Positions 35,024 through 49,252 are shown, counted from the stretch's first letter. The stretch: 64,000 nt of DNA from Cirrosporium novae-zelandiae (GCA_026023565.1 JAPETS010000003.1:62001-126000), one strand, 5' to 3'. The notes: generated from the sequence alone by a model not told the origin. A program made the numbers and translations.

Positions 35024-37341
35024 CAATTAAAGTCACCGCGGTGTTGATTGAATCTCTACCGCGTAATCATTGATGTCAAATATTTCATTGGAAGCCATTA
35101 CACCACACCACATACACCACACCACATACATACTCTTGTACAGCCGAGATACCCAACCACCGGAAATCCTCTTTGTTTTGTTTAGTCCTTTGATAATTTC
35201 ATTTCTTTTTGACTCCTTCGGGTTTAGGCTAGCATGCCATCCAGTACCATTAAATCTCTCATACACATCACACATCACACATCATGATCTCGACGACCCG
35301 ATGATTTCTTTTTCCTTTCTCGAAATTTCGATTCGAACCTTAGTCAGACTTCGATTTCGATTATAATTGCTGCCATTTTCCGTGCCGTTTTTAAAGGCCT
35401 TGTGTAAAAGACAGTGGGTGTTGAATGCTTCGGTCCACGGGCGACACTTTTTTCGGAGGCGAACTTCTTCTTTTGCCGGTTTTATACAAACCCGCAGTTT
35501 TTTATTGTAGTGTTGATTCTTATTCGATCACAAATTTATTTGTCAGGTGGAGGGGGGGGGAGACACACTGACGTCGGGGGATGGAGAGAAAAGGGAAATG
35601 GAAAGGAACAAAGAAGCAAGCACAGGATACTATAGAGAGAGAGAGAGAGAGAGAGAATGAAATATGGACACACTAAAAGAAACAGAAGAAAATCTTTTCT
35701 GACTTGACTAAACTAAAAACAATTCTTGGATCTCTTTTTTTTGTAAATTAAATTCGATCCTAGGGCTGGATTTCTTTTTAGTAGACTTGAGATGGGATTA
35801 CCCTTGGGGGAAATTTTTATAAAGTTTTATCTAAAGTTTTTTTTTTCTTTAAGATTCAGAAAGGTGGGTGGTCATGATGGGGTAGACGAACTTGCTACTT
35901 ACTCAGCCTCCCTTTTTTTGAGAGAGACATGTCTTCTTGTTGTTTGATGCAGTAGTCATGATACTGCTGTAGACAGTCTGCTTGCTATTTACCCTCCCCT
36001 CCCCTTTTCGTTTTTTTTTCTTTCTTTCAAAGGCTGTGTTGTTCTCATAGTCATGATAACTACTACTTACCTAGGTCCCCTCCCATCCCCCCTCCGTTTC
36101 TTTCTTTCTTCTGAAAGGTGTGTTGTTCTTGTTCTTGTTGCTGAATAAATGGCATCCTGTAGCCTGTTTACATACATGACGATTCACGACTATAACACTA
36201 CAACAGTCTTCCCTTTCTTATTCTCATCCCCCCCCCCCTCCTCCTTTTTTTTTTAAAAAAAAAAAAAAAAAATGTAAGTGTCTATATATGAAGAATGGAT
36301 AAGGTGATGTAGTTATATTAGGTCAGGGTTATGGTAGTTGAGATAGTAGATATAAATAGATAAATAAATGGGTGGATGAAGGAAACTGGGTAAGTGGGTA
36401 AGTGTGTAGAGTGGGAAGTTTTTATATCAAAAACAAGAGGAGGAGGAGGAAAGGGAAGGGGAAAGTGGTATTGTTTTTTGATATATCTATTTGTTGTCTA
36501 GGGAGGTTTTAGAGAAGTTCACTTGTTCATACTTATTTGCTTCCTTGCTTCCTTACCTTCTTGCATCTTTGCATCTTTGCTTAATCAATTAATTAATCAG
36601 CTTGGGTTTTATATAGACTAATAGTGGTCTAGTGTAATATATTTTCTTTCCTTTTCTCTTTTCCATTTTTTTTCCTTCTTCGATGGGATCTTTTCTCTCC
36701 TTTGTTTCATTCCGTAACTAAAAATCTTTTATATTTTATATCCTAATTTTTAAAGCAGTTACTACTTTTGTATGTTTTTTTACTGTATTTTTTTTGTTAG
36801 TTGTGGGAGTGAGGGGTTTTTGATTTGGAGTTTGGAGAATGTAGTTTGTATAGGGTATTTATTTATTTATGTATAGTTAAGGGGGTATCATAACTTGGTT
36901 CTCTCCTTGTTTATTTTCTTTCTTCCTTCTTTCCCGATTTTCTCCCTCAGACCCATATTCCCATTCTCTCCCACCCAGATACTCAGACACTATTCCTTTT
37001 TTTGTAGTAGGTGCGTGAATGATGATATCAACTCCCATCCTTCCATTGGTCCATCCATCCATCCATTCTCGTTTGATAAGTACCCCATGGACTTCAGAAA
37101 AAAAAAGAGAAGCCTGTAGCCTGTTGCCCATAGTATGTAGTATGTAGTAACGCCTTAAGTCCAGTCCTTGTTCAATATCTGACATACTTGTCCATAGACT
37201 TTATTGTATGAATGCCAGTTTTCTTCCGTGCATACTTCACCCGCTCCACACAACCACCACGAAATATTAGATTCATCTTTGCGAGTAGGTATTATTGTAT
37301 TGTCTATTCTTTCACGATCCCCTTTTAGTTTTATAATTCTA

Positions 37342-38613
37342 CTACTCTCGTCTTGCGGTTTCCTCGTCGGCGCCCCAGAATACCACATCGCGTTCTGCTG
37401 TCGCAATGAGGTGCCACCGGGGATTGCACGCCACGAGATCCACCCGTCCTGCCTGTCCATGTCCAGCCAAAACATGTGTTGGCATTATGAGTTGGTTGGG
37501 GGTGGTGAGAACACTGGGGTCGGTGTCGTAGATGGCGAGGCCAGAGTTTGGGTCCTCAGAGCCGGTGCTGCTGACGACGAAGCGGCCGTCAGATGTAAAA
37601 CAGGCGTCTGTTTGACCCAACGGGCGAGATGTGTCTGAGACGTACCCCGGTGGATTGCGACGGGTTGCCGAGAGGGAAGCTTTTGCAGGATGGGGGTAGT
37701 TGGGGCGGGAGAGAAAGCCTTTTAATTCTCCATCAAAGGCATCGAGAAGGTAGTGGCCTGTTCCTGTTGTGGAAAGTAAGATTGATTTGCCGTCGTTGGC
37801 GAATTCTAGACCGCTCCAATTGAGATGTGTGTTGTCGTGTGGGATATGTTGAGCTTCAATTGGTGCAAGGTCAAAGGCATGGAAGGGAATTTGGTCTAGG
37901 TAACGGCTGTCGTAGAGGATGATGGAGGAGGTCGAGGGTGATGCGATGGCTACTACGAAGCCTGTTGGGTCGTATGCACATAGATAGGGTGTCTCCATTT
38001 GTAGTTGGAATCTGGCATGTGGAGTATGCAAGTCCCAATATCGAACCGTGTTATCTTCTCCACAGCTTACGAAGGCGTCGCTTCTTGGGCTCAATGCAAT
38101 ATCCGTGACCTGACCTGTGTGACCTGCAAAGTAATTGATGTATGCATTATCATGAGTGGAAAGATGACGGATGGCATGATCGTTCTTGGTGGAAGCGTAA
38201 ATGCAGGTCGTAGGTGTATGGGTGAAACGGGCAAGATGGCAGCCATATTTTTGTGAGAAGAGCGTGTTTGTATGTTTGCCACTAGTTGCAGAGTAGATCT
38301 GGAGCGTGGAGTCGGAACGGGAGGTGAGGAGAAATTCACCCGAGTCGTCAAAATCAAGGGAGAGAGTATGATGGGATGGGGAGGACGAGGAAGAAGGCTT
38401 TTCGGTATCGTTGGTTGTTGCGTCTCGAAACCGCTAGATGTGAATGTGTTATTTGAGCATACTATTTCTTTTCTTCTTGGGAGGAGCTTTAGAAACTACC
38501 TTTGTTGCAGTATATGAATATATCAACTCGGACGTTTTCCTTGCTAGTGGTTCACGAGGAGGTTTGTGTTCCTCGGAGGAGGGAATGACTGGGTTTTCGG
38601 CTGGTACAGCCAT
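37342..38613 (-). CDS. SWD2: WD40 subunit of COMPASS/CPF (Swd2/WDR82)
   Basis: Exon 1 from ATG 38613 and one intron, then SLDFDDSGEFL...LFSQKYGCHLARFTH...IYASTKNDHAIRHLSTHDNAYINYFAGHTGQV...SPRSDAFVSCGEDNTVRYWDL...FANDGKSILL...LLDAFDG. Confidence 0.88.
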
Positions 38614-39170
38614 ATTGTTGATTGAGAGTTATGGTAAATACCTACTCGAGTAGGTAATGATGCGGGGAGAAAGGGTTGAAGGTACTAAAGTAAGCTAATC
38701 TCTAAATCGTATAGCGCACTTTATATTGCCGAGATCAGGTAAACGCACCCGAGATTGACGAGCTAGACGCTCCCGGTAGCCGGTAACAAGCAGAGGAGCC
38801 GAGAGACCCGAAAACGGCAAGTTTACTCCTCCAGCCAAACTCCGCCGATAAATGACGGAGGAGTACCAAAGTACTCAGCACTCAGCACTCAGCTTGTCTC
38901 CCGTAAGCTGAGAGGCAAGCTGCCCTGAAATTCAAATCCAAAAATATCATCCACTCCGCTCTAACTAACTATTCCTTTACAGCCAATCTCCTCTCCTTTT
39001 TTATTCTTTCTTCGTTCCGTTATCAGTTTAAATTAATTAATTGCGATAGCTACTCATGCCACCGTTCTTTCTGCTCCGACATCGGCAGTACAGCTCCAAC
39101 TATTCACGCATTTCGTATTAAAGAAAAACGGAATAAGGAATAAGATCAGCGCAATTAGACACGGCCAAGA

Positions 39171-40408
39171 ATGGCGACGACTACAGGGTAAATATTTAAT
39201 TTCTGAGTATTCAACTTGTATGAAAAGTTGATGGCTAATCTCATGTTTCCAGTGCCTTCGTTGCGGGTGGTATCGCAGCTTGTGGTGCCGTGACAGCAAC
39301 CCATCCTTTTGAGACGGTAAAGATTCGGTGTGTCTACCTGTTTCACAGAAGCCCTTGGGGTGAATTCTCTAACAATATTTTTCTATCCGTAGTCTTCAAC
39401 TCCAAGGTGAACTTCAAGCGAAATCTCAAGCCCCTAAGCTTTATCGCGGTGTTATCCATGGTGTAACTACCATCATCCAGCATGAAGGTCTTCGGGGAAT
39501 TTATCGCGGTCTCGGTACAGCCTATATTTATCAAGTCCTCCTCAACGGCTGTCGACTAGGGTTTTACGAACCACTGCGCGGCTTTCTCACCACGTCAATA
39601 TATAAGGATGCAAAAGTTCAGAGTCTGGGAATAAATGTGTTTAGCGGAGCTGCAAGTGGGATCCTGGGTGCTATGGCGGGCTCACCGTTTTTCCTCGTGA
39701 AGACGAGACTACAATCATTCTCTCCTTTTGCGCCCGTGGGGACGCAGCATAAGTACCGCAACGCGTTCGACGGTCTTCGAGACATTTACCGCAAGGAGGG
39801 CCCGAAAGGGTGGTATAGAGGTGTCAGTGCTGCTATGGTGCGAACAGGATTTGGAAGCTCGGTACAATTACCAACATATTTCTTTGCGAAGAGGAGGCTC
39901 GTCAGACATTTGGGAATGGACGAGGGCCCAGCGTTGCATCTAGCAAGTAGTACGGCTAGTGGATTTGTTGTTTGCTGCATTATGCATCCTCCTGGTAAGC
40001 ATTAATCCTTGTTCCTAACTTGGTCTCCCTAGAGAATGCCCACTAACTTTGAATCTTTGCTTAGACACAATCATGTCACGAATGTATAACCAAACTGGAA
40101 ATCTCTATAAAGGAATCTGGGACTGTTTCTATAAAACGATTACAAGAGAAGGAGTGCTCGCTCTTTATAAGGGATACTTTGCCCATCTGGCAAGGATTCT
40201 ACCACATACGGTATGGCCCCTTTGTATCCGCTCTTCCCCATTGCTCTCAAGAGCGAAGAAAGATGTTTCAATAAGATCAAGAAACAAAAACTAACCTCGA
40301 CTTGCGAAAATATAGATCCTCACCCTAAGTTTAGCCGAGCAGACGAACAAGTTAATGCGCAAATTTGAAGATCGCGTCTTACCAGACACCTTCAAAGCCA
40401 AAATATAG
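39171..40408 (+). CDS. OAC1: Mitochondrial oxaloacetate/sulfate carrier
   Basis: Five exons: MATTT/GAFVAGGIAACGAVTATHPFETVKIR/LQLQGEL...YQVLLNGCRLGFYEP...GSPFFLVKTRLQS...RTGFGSSVQLPTY...MHPP/DTIMSRMYNQ...ARILPHT/ILTLSLAEQ; Px[DE]xx[KR] carrier signatures. Confidence 0.93.
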
Positions 40409-41630
40409 AAGGAACATGAATGCAAATAAAAGAAGGGAGCCAGAAGGGGATTTAACAACTTTATCCCTCAAACAACCCCCCCCCCCCGTATCCCATTTCT
40501 GGATATCTAATCTCATAGGATATCGAGGGGGATCAACAAATATATATACATAGACATAGAAAGGATATCACAGATGAAATGAAGAAACAGACACAACACC
40601 CCACAAACCTCAAAAGTGTTCTGTGGGTCGGTAATCATAACGAAGGATATCGGAAAGTCGGGCTTTAGAAAGAAAGAACGGAAAAGGAAAGTTTGAACAA
40701 CAACGAAGAATGATGAAAGCGTTCCTGAATACTTAGGTATCCATTTCTCCGGAAGGCGGACGGAGTGGAGGGTGGGGGCGGTCCTCTACTACTGCTATTA
40801 TTATGATGCTGCGTTCAAGAAGCACCTTATTATTATTATTATTATCTATGCCTTTCTCGGGCCTTTTTCACATTCTTCTTTTTCTTCTATTAAATCTAAT
40901 TATCCAATCCATCTATTCAATCCATAAGTAGTAGTTATCTATATCTATTACATCATTTCTTTAAAAAGGAATTCTTAACACTTATTTAATCCCATACATA
41001 TCCTTGTACAGTACGAAACCCCCACCTCATCAAAAAAAAAAAAATAGGAAACTCCGCGTTTGGCAAAGAAGTAAGTAAAGGGTATTGTAAGCACTTAGTT
41101 TTACCATACCACATATGCATATCTCCCTATTACCCCAAGAGGGAAACTACCGTGATAAGTTCTAGATAAGCTCTAGTGCTCTAGTGCTCTAGATATAGAT
41201 GTAGAGATGGAAAGTATATCATCATCATCGTCATGATTACTTGATTAGAGGAGTGGGGGCGATGTGCATGTGCATGTGGGGTGGGATAAGATGGGGTGGG
41301 GAGGTGTCTTGTCTTTCTTGTGGGTTTAGGGGTTTGATGTTTTTGTTTGTGAGTGAGAGAGTGATGGGGGTTTTTTGGTTTGAATTAGGTTGGGGCATTT
41401 GGGGGATGATGGGGGATGGATATAGGTACAGGTATGGGTATAGGTATAGGTATAGATATAGGTCTAGGGTGATGGGGGGGAATAGGAGGAATAGGAGGGG
41501 TAGGAGGAGTAGAGTTATATATGTATATGTATTAGATATCTAGGTAAATAAATACATCCTTCTTCGTCCCTTTTATTTGATCCACCTCCCATACCACTAC
41601 CTCATCTACATATACCTCTACATTTAAAAC

Positions 41631-42110
41631 ATGTCTCCAATCCAACAACAACCACCTCAACCCCCAACCAACCACTGGGTCAAGACCTTCCAATTCACAA
41701 AAACAAATTACCGAGACTTGTATCCGGCGATTGACCCTAGAAATCTGAGGTTAAAGTAGGGGGGGAGGGTTGTTGTTGTTACGGGGGCGAGGGGGGGGAT
41801 TGGGGAGGTGAGTTTGGTTTGTGTGTGCTTTGGGGGATATATGGTTTTTTTGTGTACATACTCACACACATACAGATCTTCTAATGTTGAGGACTGAATA
41901 AGAGAGAACAAATTAGGGCATCGCACTCGCATTCGCGCAAGCAAATGCAAAAAGGTATAATCCTCGTCGTGCCCGCGGACATCAGCTCCCCCGCAGATGT
42001 CGCCCTCCTGGAAGAAAAAAAATCAAAACCGAGTTCGGTAAAGCAGATGTTCTGGTGAATTGTGCTGGTGGTCTGGGATGGTCGGGCGCTGATATCTGAG
42101 AGAGAGTGAG
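41631..42110 (+). pseudogene. SDR pseudogene (5' remnant)
   Basis: FQFTKTNYRDLYPAIDP..LK*GGRVVVVTGARGGIG (TAG 41757-41759), intron, then GIALAFAQANAKGIILV fused directly to VPADISS, a frameshift in an A8 run before IKTEFGKADVLVNCAG, and decay beyond. Confidence 0.8.
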
Positions 42111-43370
42111 CCCGAGAAATGGATGAATGAGATGATAACAACGGTGATGGATGAGTATTATATGTCCTTGCGAGCTTTCCGAGTTACAGGTTTCCCTTGT
42201 CGTACTTGTGGTCCTTTCTGCGGCCCTTGGAAGGGTTGTTATGATGTGTATGGTCAGAGCTATCTGTATAATGTAAAGCCCAACTCATGGACCTCTGTGA
42301 CCTGTTAGCGGTTAAAGGGTGAAAGGGAGGTCACCCCCACACTGTACTAATTCAGCAGAGCTAGAAGGCAGCTGGATATAGCTTATTCTAGGTAGGCCTG
42401 CTCGCCACCAAAGCATTGTAATTATTATGTCCGTTTAGACCATAATCACTGTTATAAGCTTCTGCTTTGTCTAGTAACATTGCTATGGCCTTGTTACATT
42501 GACAAGCTTCTGTCAAGCTAGTGAATGTGGGCCACGGATCGCTTCTTTGGGGGAAGGGATGATATCGGTGCTATGACGGGTATAATATTTTGCCACCAAC
42601 TTTTGTGCACTTTTAATACACCACTCCTTAAATAACTTAGGGATACAGTACTAAAGCAAAGAATCCATCAAATGCGCACTGGGTCTGGATGTGTTCTCCT
42701 TCTCATGGGCAATATGAACTGTTGCGTTGATTAGCCGCCTAAGCAACTGTTGCTTCGTACAAATGATGGTAGAAATCTTGAACGCTATATTATCGCTGCC
42801 TTTTCATATAGGTCCCAAGTTGGAATATAGGATTTTGCTAAAGGTATACAGTCACATACGACCACAGGCTCAAGAGAACTGGGCATCCCGTCCGCTCTGC
42901 CATACATAAACTTGAGACCGGCCGGTTAGTAGTTGGGTCGGTGACGACCAGCGAATACCGGCTGTTGTATGTTTTTGTTTTTGGTTTTGTTTTCCCTTTT
43001 CCAAAGGGTATTTTATTAATTGACCGGAGTTGTACTCGAGTAGGAGACAATTAACCAGAAATTTGTAGGGATTCAAGAGAATTTCACGGAAATAAATCCC
43101 TAACCACCCTATAACTAAAGGAAAACTCAACCTTAACTTCTTCACTATCCGAGATTTCAAAGAACAGCTGCTGTAGGCTATGGAACCGCCGCAATAATTC
43201 GATTTTTGGATTTTGCAACTTGTTCTTGTACCACAGTAGAGCTTTCGCTTTCAGCACACCCTTACAAAATGTCTCTTGCTAGCTTCTTGGACGTGCTACT
43301 TCATAAATTGATTTCGCAAAGCCTTCTAGATATTGGCTCCTGGCTCTGAAGTTATCAAAGCCTTGGACTG

Positions 43371-43542
43371 CAGTGAAGGGAATAGACCAGACCAGACCGG
43401 TCTGACATGGTCAAAATAACCTCATGTTAGGATGGCACGGATCAGCAGTAAGGACGCTCACGACTGTTGCTGTAGTAATAATCAAGTTACCGCAGCAATA
43501 ATCACCTTCAGACCGGTCTGGTCTGGTCTATTCCCTTCACTG
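43371..43542. mobile_element. MITE-like element, 172 bp, perfect 35-bp terminal inverted repeats
   Basis: CAGTGAAGGGAATAGACCAGACCAGACCGGTCTGA (43371-43405) is the exact reverse complement of 43508-43542; non-coding interior; no target-site duplication seen. Confidence 0.85.
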
Positions 43543-46250
43543 AGAAATACCTCAGGTGGGCTAACCCCTTCAGGAACGAGCAAGAAGGAGGCTGACCCAT
43601 GGTATCAGGGGATTGGTAGACCATTTCCATACCGAAGGCACCAACTAAGAGACTAACAGGCTCATGATTTTGGTCGTTCGACCTGGGATAAGAATTTCAT
43701 TGAGATCCTAGCTGAAGTTAAGGGAAATGTACAAACTGCTTTATCCAAGTCCACTGCCTTTAGAAATTGTTGCAGAGGCATAATGTTCATTCTTGTGGTC
43801 TAAAAATCTAATATAAAATTTGTGGGCCACCTAACCAAGGCCATCACTATGGGGGACCAACATTACCCAACAGAAATTGGGGGTTCGAAGCAGTATGCGA
43901 GACAACTTGAAGGGGATTTGTATTCCAGTTAAGCAAAGCTCTCAGAGACTCTATCCTATAACCTTATCCCTGGATTTTTCTATGTTGGTTACGAGTATGT
44001 CGTGGAGGCTTTCAACATCCAATAATACCCCTTTGGTTATTGTTCACGAAAGGAAATATGTGCAAGATGCCATGAAAGTGGCACCGATCGCTATTTGCAT
44101 GCCGTAGAAATGCAGGAGAGAGGGCAGTGAATATTTTGATGCTTAGACAGTTTAGGATTCGATCTCTCCTGTGGGTCTCGATATCAACATCTCTTGTCTC
44201 TTAGCTGCTTAAGGGTCAGCTATAGATCGGTGCATCCAATCTCCCCACTCAACCCCACACCACCTTCACCTTCAGCTTCAACACACAAAAAGTTTCAAAT
44301 AACCAAACCCCAGCCCGAGCAATCCAAATATCTCCTCTCATTCTTTCCCATTACTCGGATACCACAAGGATCCCAAGATCTGAGGCCTCCTCCTACCCCT
44401 TATATCACCCCTACCCCCCTTTTCAGTCTCAGGAGCTACTGTAGCTCAGGGATACTTGCTCATTATTCTCTATTTCGTATGACGAGATTACGAGATTCCG
44501 AAACTATGAGGATTGGTAGGAAAAGGGAGGATAAAGTGAAACACAACGAAGCAGAACATGGAACGGAATGAAAAGAAAGAGAGAAAGAGAAAGGGAAAAG
44601 GAATATTTCATATCTACACCTCTATACCCAATACCCCATGTCATATCCACCATCCATCGTCCACCATCCAACTCCTTCAAAAAAAGTCCACACCTCCATC
44701 TATTCACCCCCCCCTTAAAAAAAAGAGTAATTACCGCTAGCGGTCTGTTTGTCCGTTGACTTGAATTTTTTTTTCGGAACTTGGATATAGGGATAGGATA
44801 AGATAGGGGGTGGATTAAATGGATGGAGGGAGAGATAGACGGATAGATAGCTCTGAGGGAAGAAACGGACTAAACGTTGAACGGTGAAGGGGGAGTTGGA
44901 GGGTTGATTAAGTGGTTGAGTGGTTGGTTTTTTTTTTGGTTGACATTTTTATCTGTTGTGCATGTGTATGGATTGGAGGGATGGATAGGACGTGTATTAA
45001 GGAATTCTAGGTTTGGAGTTTAGGGGTTTAGGGACTAGGACTGTAATATCAAGCATTTAGCATCCACCAACCATCAACCATCTTACAAACATCAAATATC
45101 CCCCACCCAAACCCACCCAATCCCAGATTCATTCTATTCCATTAATCCAGTATATACATACAAACACCAAACACCATCCATACCCATCCACACCCACCCA
45201 CCTACAATCATGCATGCATACACATACGCATATCCCCAATTCTGTAAACCCAGAATAAATAACCTACCTATACTATAATACTTACTTTCTCCAAGTAAAT
45301 TCGAACAAAGCGACCTTAGGGAAGGGACTCAGGGGAGGTCCTTTCAAACAAAAACCCAACTTTTTGTATTTATCCTTATCTATATTTATAATTAACTTTT
45401 GTACTTACGGCTTTGGAGAAAGTATTCACCTTATATCTATATCTACATCTCTATCCCTGTCCCTACCACCGGGTCCTAGGTAACAGGTCCTAAGCATCCC
45501 ATCCCATCCCATCCATCTATCCGCTCAAGTACTCAAGTAATTAAACTCAAGCAATTAAATAGCAGATTATGATAGATATCCCACGTCGTGTCGTCGTCGT
45601 CGTCGTCGTCGTCTGTCTCCCTTTTGGGATTTGTTGGTTGGTTAGTTAGGTAGGTAAGCAGTGTTGTTGGTTTGCTTTCCTTCCAATAGGGGGGAGTGGG
45701 AAGTGGGGGAGGAGAGAAGCTCTTTAAATTCAATCGAAATTGTTTATTTTGTTTAAAAGGCCCTCTCTCCCTTACCCTAAAATCACAATTTCTTTTGGTT
45801 TTTAGTTTTGGGTTAGGCTGGTCTGGTTGGTTCGCTTTTATGGTTTTTACATTACACTACACACTCACACTGCTGTTCAAAGAAAAGTATCATACAATAG
45901 TAGCAGTAAGTAGCAAGTGAGTAGGTTAGAAGGGTTATACTCTCTCAACGGTATAAACGAACCCCGAGAGAGAGGAGAGAGAGAGGGGTTTCCCCTTCTC
46001 TTCCCCCATATACTTTCGAAAGTAAATATATATAAGAAACCCATTCTGCTCTATTTTAACCTACCTACTCTAGATAGAGATAGCGAGGAGTTTTTTTTTT
46101 CATTTCAATTTTTTCTTTTCTAGGATAGATTTGTTTTTGCTTTTTTAGAAGGATATAGAAATAGAAATAGAAATAGACATACGGAAGTCTTGAGCATCTT
46201 TTCGTTGTTTTTTAGGTAAGCACTCCCTCCCTCTAGGACGCTTGCTTGCT

Positions 46251-46306
46251 CAGGGAAAGGAATAGTCTAGACCAAATAGCACGATCTGGTCTTATTCCTT
46301 TCACTG
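46251..46306. repeat. Short degenerate copy of the GACCA inverted-repeat family
   Basis: CAGGGAAAGGAATAGTCTAGACCA...TCTGGTCTTATTCCTTTCACTG; both ends match the 43371 TIR. Confidence 0.6.
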
Positions 46307-46543
46307 CCGCGTGGTTATATTCTTTCTACTAAACACAACGAATCAACTCGACTACAGTTCATAAATTTATGTATATATATACATATAATTTATTTTGTAC
46401 ATGTGCAAACGGCGGGCTAACTAGCTAGATATATATTAAACCTTTTTAGCATATGCATGTGCGGTAGGCAGGCGGGCTGAATAATTAATTCCGTCGTTGG
46501 ATTCATTTCATTTGGTTTGGCTTGGTCTTATTGGTTGGATATC

Positions 46544-48296
46544 TCATGGGGGTGGTGTCTGGGATTTATTCCCTTCGAGTTCTGGGAGGATTACAGCATC
46601 CCCCGGTAATTCGAATCTGTAGACCTCTTCTCCTCCGATCTCGGCAGCAGCAGCGGTAGTGTGGTTTTGATTCTCGGCTAGTTCGGCCCTAAATGCCTGG
46701 TCCCCCTCAAGCTCACCGCCTCCGTTATTGTTCGGATGTTCGGATGTCATGTTTACGGGCGGGCTGTCTCGGTATTCGTTTCCAGGGAGTTCTGGTTTTC
46801 GGTACTCGGCCTCATCCATGTCTTTGGCTTCGAGTTGGAGGGCCAGTTGCGTCTTCTTTCGATGACGACGGCGATAGAGGATCGCGATACCGATAGGGAA
46901 GACGAGGATTGCGATTATGCCGGCTACGATTATTCCTACTAGAGTCCCGGTGCCTAGTTTTCCGTCGCTGCTGGATGAGGATTGGCTTTTATCTTCTGGG
47001 GGTGGGGTTATAGAAACTAGTTTCTCGGCGACGGAAGCGTTTGGAAATAGCGTTTGAGAGATGGAAAAGTTGCCGCGGTCGTAATCGGCTATCATGTATG
47101 CGTTTTGGAGAAAGGCGCGGCCGAGGGTATACTCGGTGTCGTTGTCGGCTCGTCGCAATGGGAAGTATCTCGTTGTGTTGCTCACTAGTGGGTCGGAAGC
47201 GATGAGGTCGAAGCTACTATAAGGGAAGACAATGTCCACGGTTTCGGTGCTTGATAGGTAGGCGCCGAGGGTGAATGTTATGGTTGGGTTGGAGCTTAGT
47301 AACTTAGCATGAGTGTAGTTGTCAACCAAATATAAATCGGTTGTGTTGTCGTAGACTAACCCGAACGTAGACTCAAAAGCCTCACAGACCGAAATTGGTA
47401 GCCAGATGTGGTTCACGGTTGTATCAATATAGGCATATATGCTATCGAGGAGCGAGAGTAGAGAGGAAGAAGTTGCATTTGATGTGATGGACTCAATGGC
47501 AATTACGTGGTCCCGAGATGAATCGCCGCTAAACGGAATAGATAGATTGTTCGGCGTGAATCTGGTGGCATCGTATCCTCCTAGTATCAAACTTCCGTAT
47601 GCTCCTTCATTATAAGCTCCAGCTGTATATCCCCATGAAACACTTGGAATCATTTGATTGTCCCTCAAAGTTTGAAGCATACTCGTTTGCGGGTCATCGA
47701 AGTTTGTGAAATTTACTGCACGAGGATTGAGAGGCAGAGTCCCAATATAAAAATCATCGGTAGCAATCCCGGCTATGACCTGATGAGTGAGGTTGAGTGT
47801 GTTCGAATTATCGTCTTGCCATCCTAAGCTTAGGTTATCAAACCCGTATAAGCCGTTTCCACTATATCCTAGGAGCTTCTCCTCAGATATTTCGAGGTCA
47901 AAGAGGCCCTTTTGCTGCCAGGTTGATGATTCATTTGTGAAGAACTCATTTCCGCGAAGGTTTGAACAGTTGACATCGGAATAGTAGCAGCCCTCAGGTA
48001 GAATCACCCAAATAGAAGACTCGCCCGAGGAAGGCAATAATCGAACGCTTTGAAGAGGGTTGCCAACTGCTGCAGCAAACGAGGACCATGGGCCATCATC
48101 TCCATCCCTAAATGTATTAAGTGAGCTGTGATAGCCTTGTTTGTTGGAGTCACACATACCATTGTCCAGTTACCGGAACACTAAACGGTTGAATGGACGT
48201 TATATTCTCCACAGAAAGTGCAGTCTGGATAAGGGCAAACAGAAATAGTGCACATGTATTTTTAAGTGGCAAAGGCTTTCTTGATGGACTTTCCAT
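46544..48296 (-). CDS. Pepsin-like (A1) aspartic protease homologue with signal peptide and one transmembrane helix; probably inactive
   Basis: Exon 1 from ATG 48296 (signal-like), one intron, then WDGDDGPWSSF, GSLILGGYD, AYIDTTVNHIWLP, LGRAFLQNAY and TM LVGIIVAGIIAILVFPIGIAILY followed by RRRHRKK. The first catalytic motif reads LPSSGESS. Confidence 0.9.
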
Positions 48297-49252
48297 GTCT
48301 CTTCAGCTGAATATCAAGTGCAGCTTGCTTGGTTCATGTTCTAAGATGAAAGATGGGAGGCACCCCAAATGGGTTGAAGCATAACACGGCAAAACTCTAA
48401 CATGAAGATCAAAGGAACATGATTAATTTGTTGGTCAATGGAAGGAGTGGACATGGGTATGTTCCATTAACCAGCTGCCTTGAAACAGAAGAAATGATTA
48501 AATCATCCATATCCTCGAGCATGGATTAGAACCAATTATTCATGCATGAATGCCATTTTCGTGGAAGGATCAAGCAGCCATCCTTCAATTCGATAGTAAC
48601 GGCAATCTTCAGCCATAGATAGAAGGGATCGCAGATGCAGATAGCAGTGTGTTGCACGGCTGTGAAATCCTTCAGGGATAGTGGTTGTATAATTTGTATG
48701 GACCGTACCAGGTACCTGTATATATTACCCGACTAGCTTATGATAGGCAATGACGGATCGGAGAATTACAGTACTAATTATCTGGGGTTTATCACTATCA
48801 AGCTTTCGGGAATTCTAAGCGCCCGAGCTTAACTTAACAACAAAACTAGCCCCCAAATGTCTCACTGGTTCTGCTAGGTCATGATCCTTCCATGTTGAAA
48901 TGTAGTAGTCATTTACACTGTCCCACCACTAAGCTGCCGCTCTTGGCCAATTGAGCTCCTACCCCACTGTCTACTGTACAGCCTCGTTCTGAGAAGGCTC
49001 GGTCCTTTTACGCCGTTATTGTTTCAATGTTAGGATGCAAATCCTTTCGGCTTATCTACTGTATCAATGCCTGTTTACTATGAGATGCCATGTCTCCTTT
49101 CTTTGGTCATATACTCTGCTGTATCTCGTCTCGTGAGCCATTCCTCTAGGACATTTCTCCCTTGCATTAGTATTAGAGCGTTAAGCTCTCCTGTCGATTC
49201 TGCCCAGACTCTGATGAATTTGATACGGTTTTATCATAGTCAAGCGTTAGTC

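Noticed and set aside
43543..44130. Possible coding remnant right of the MITE
   Set aside because: Multiple stops and no recognisable motif; cannot be supported without a search.
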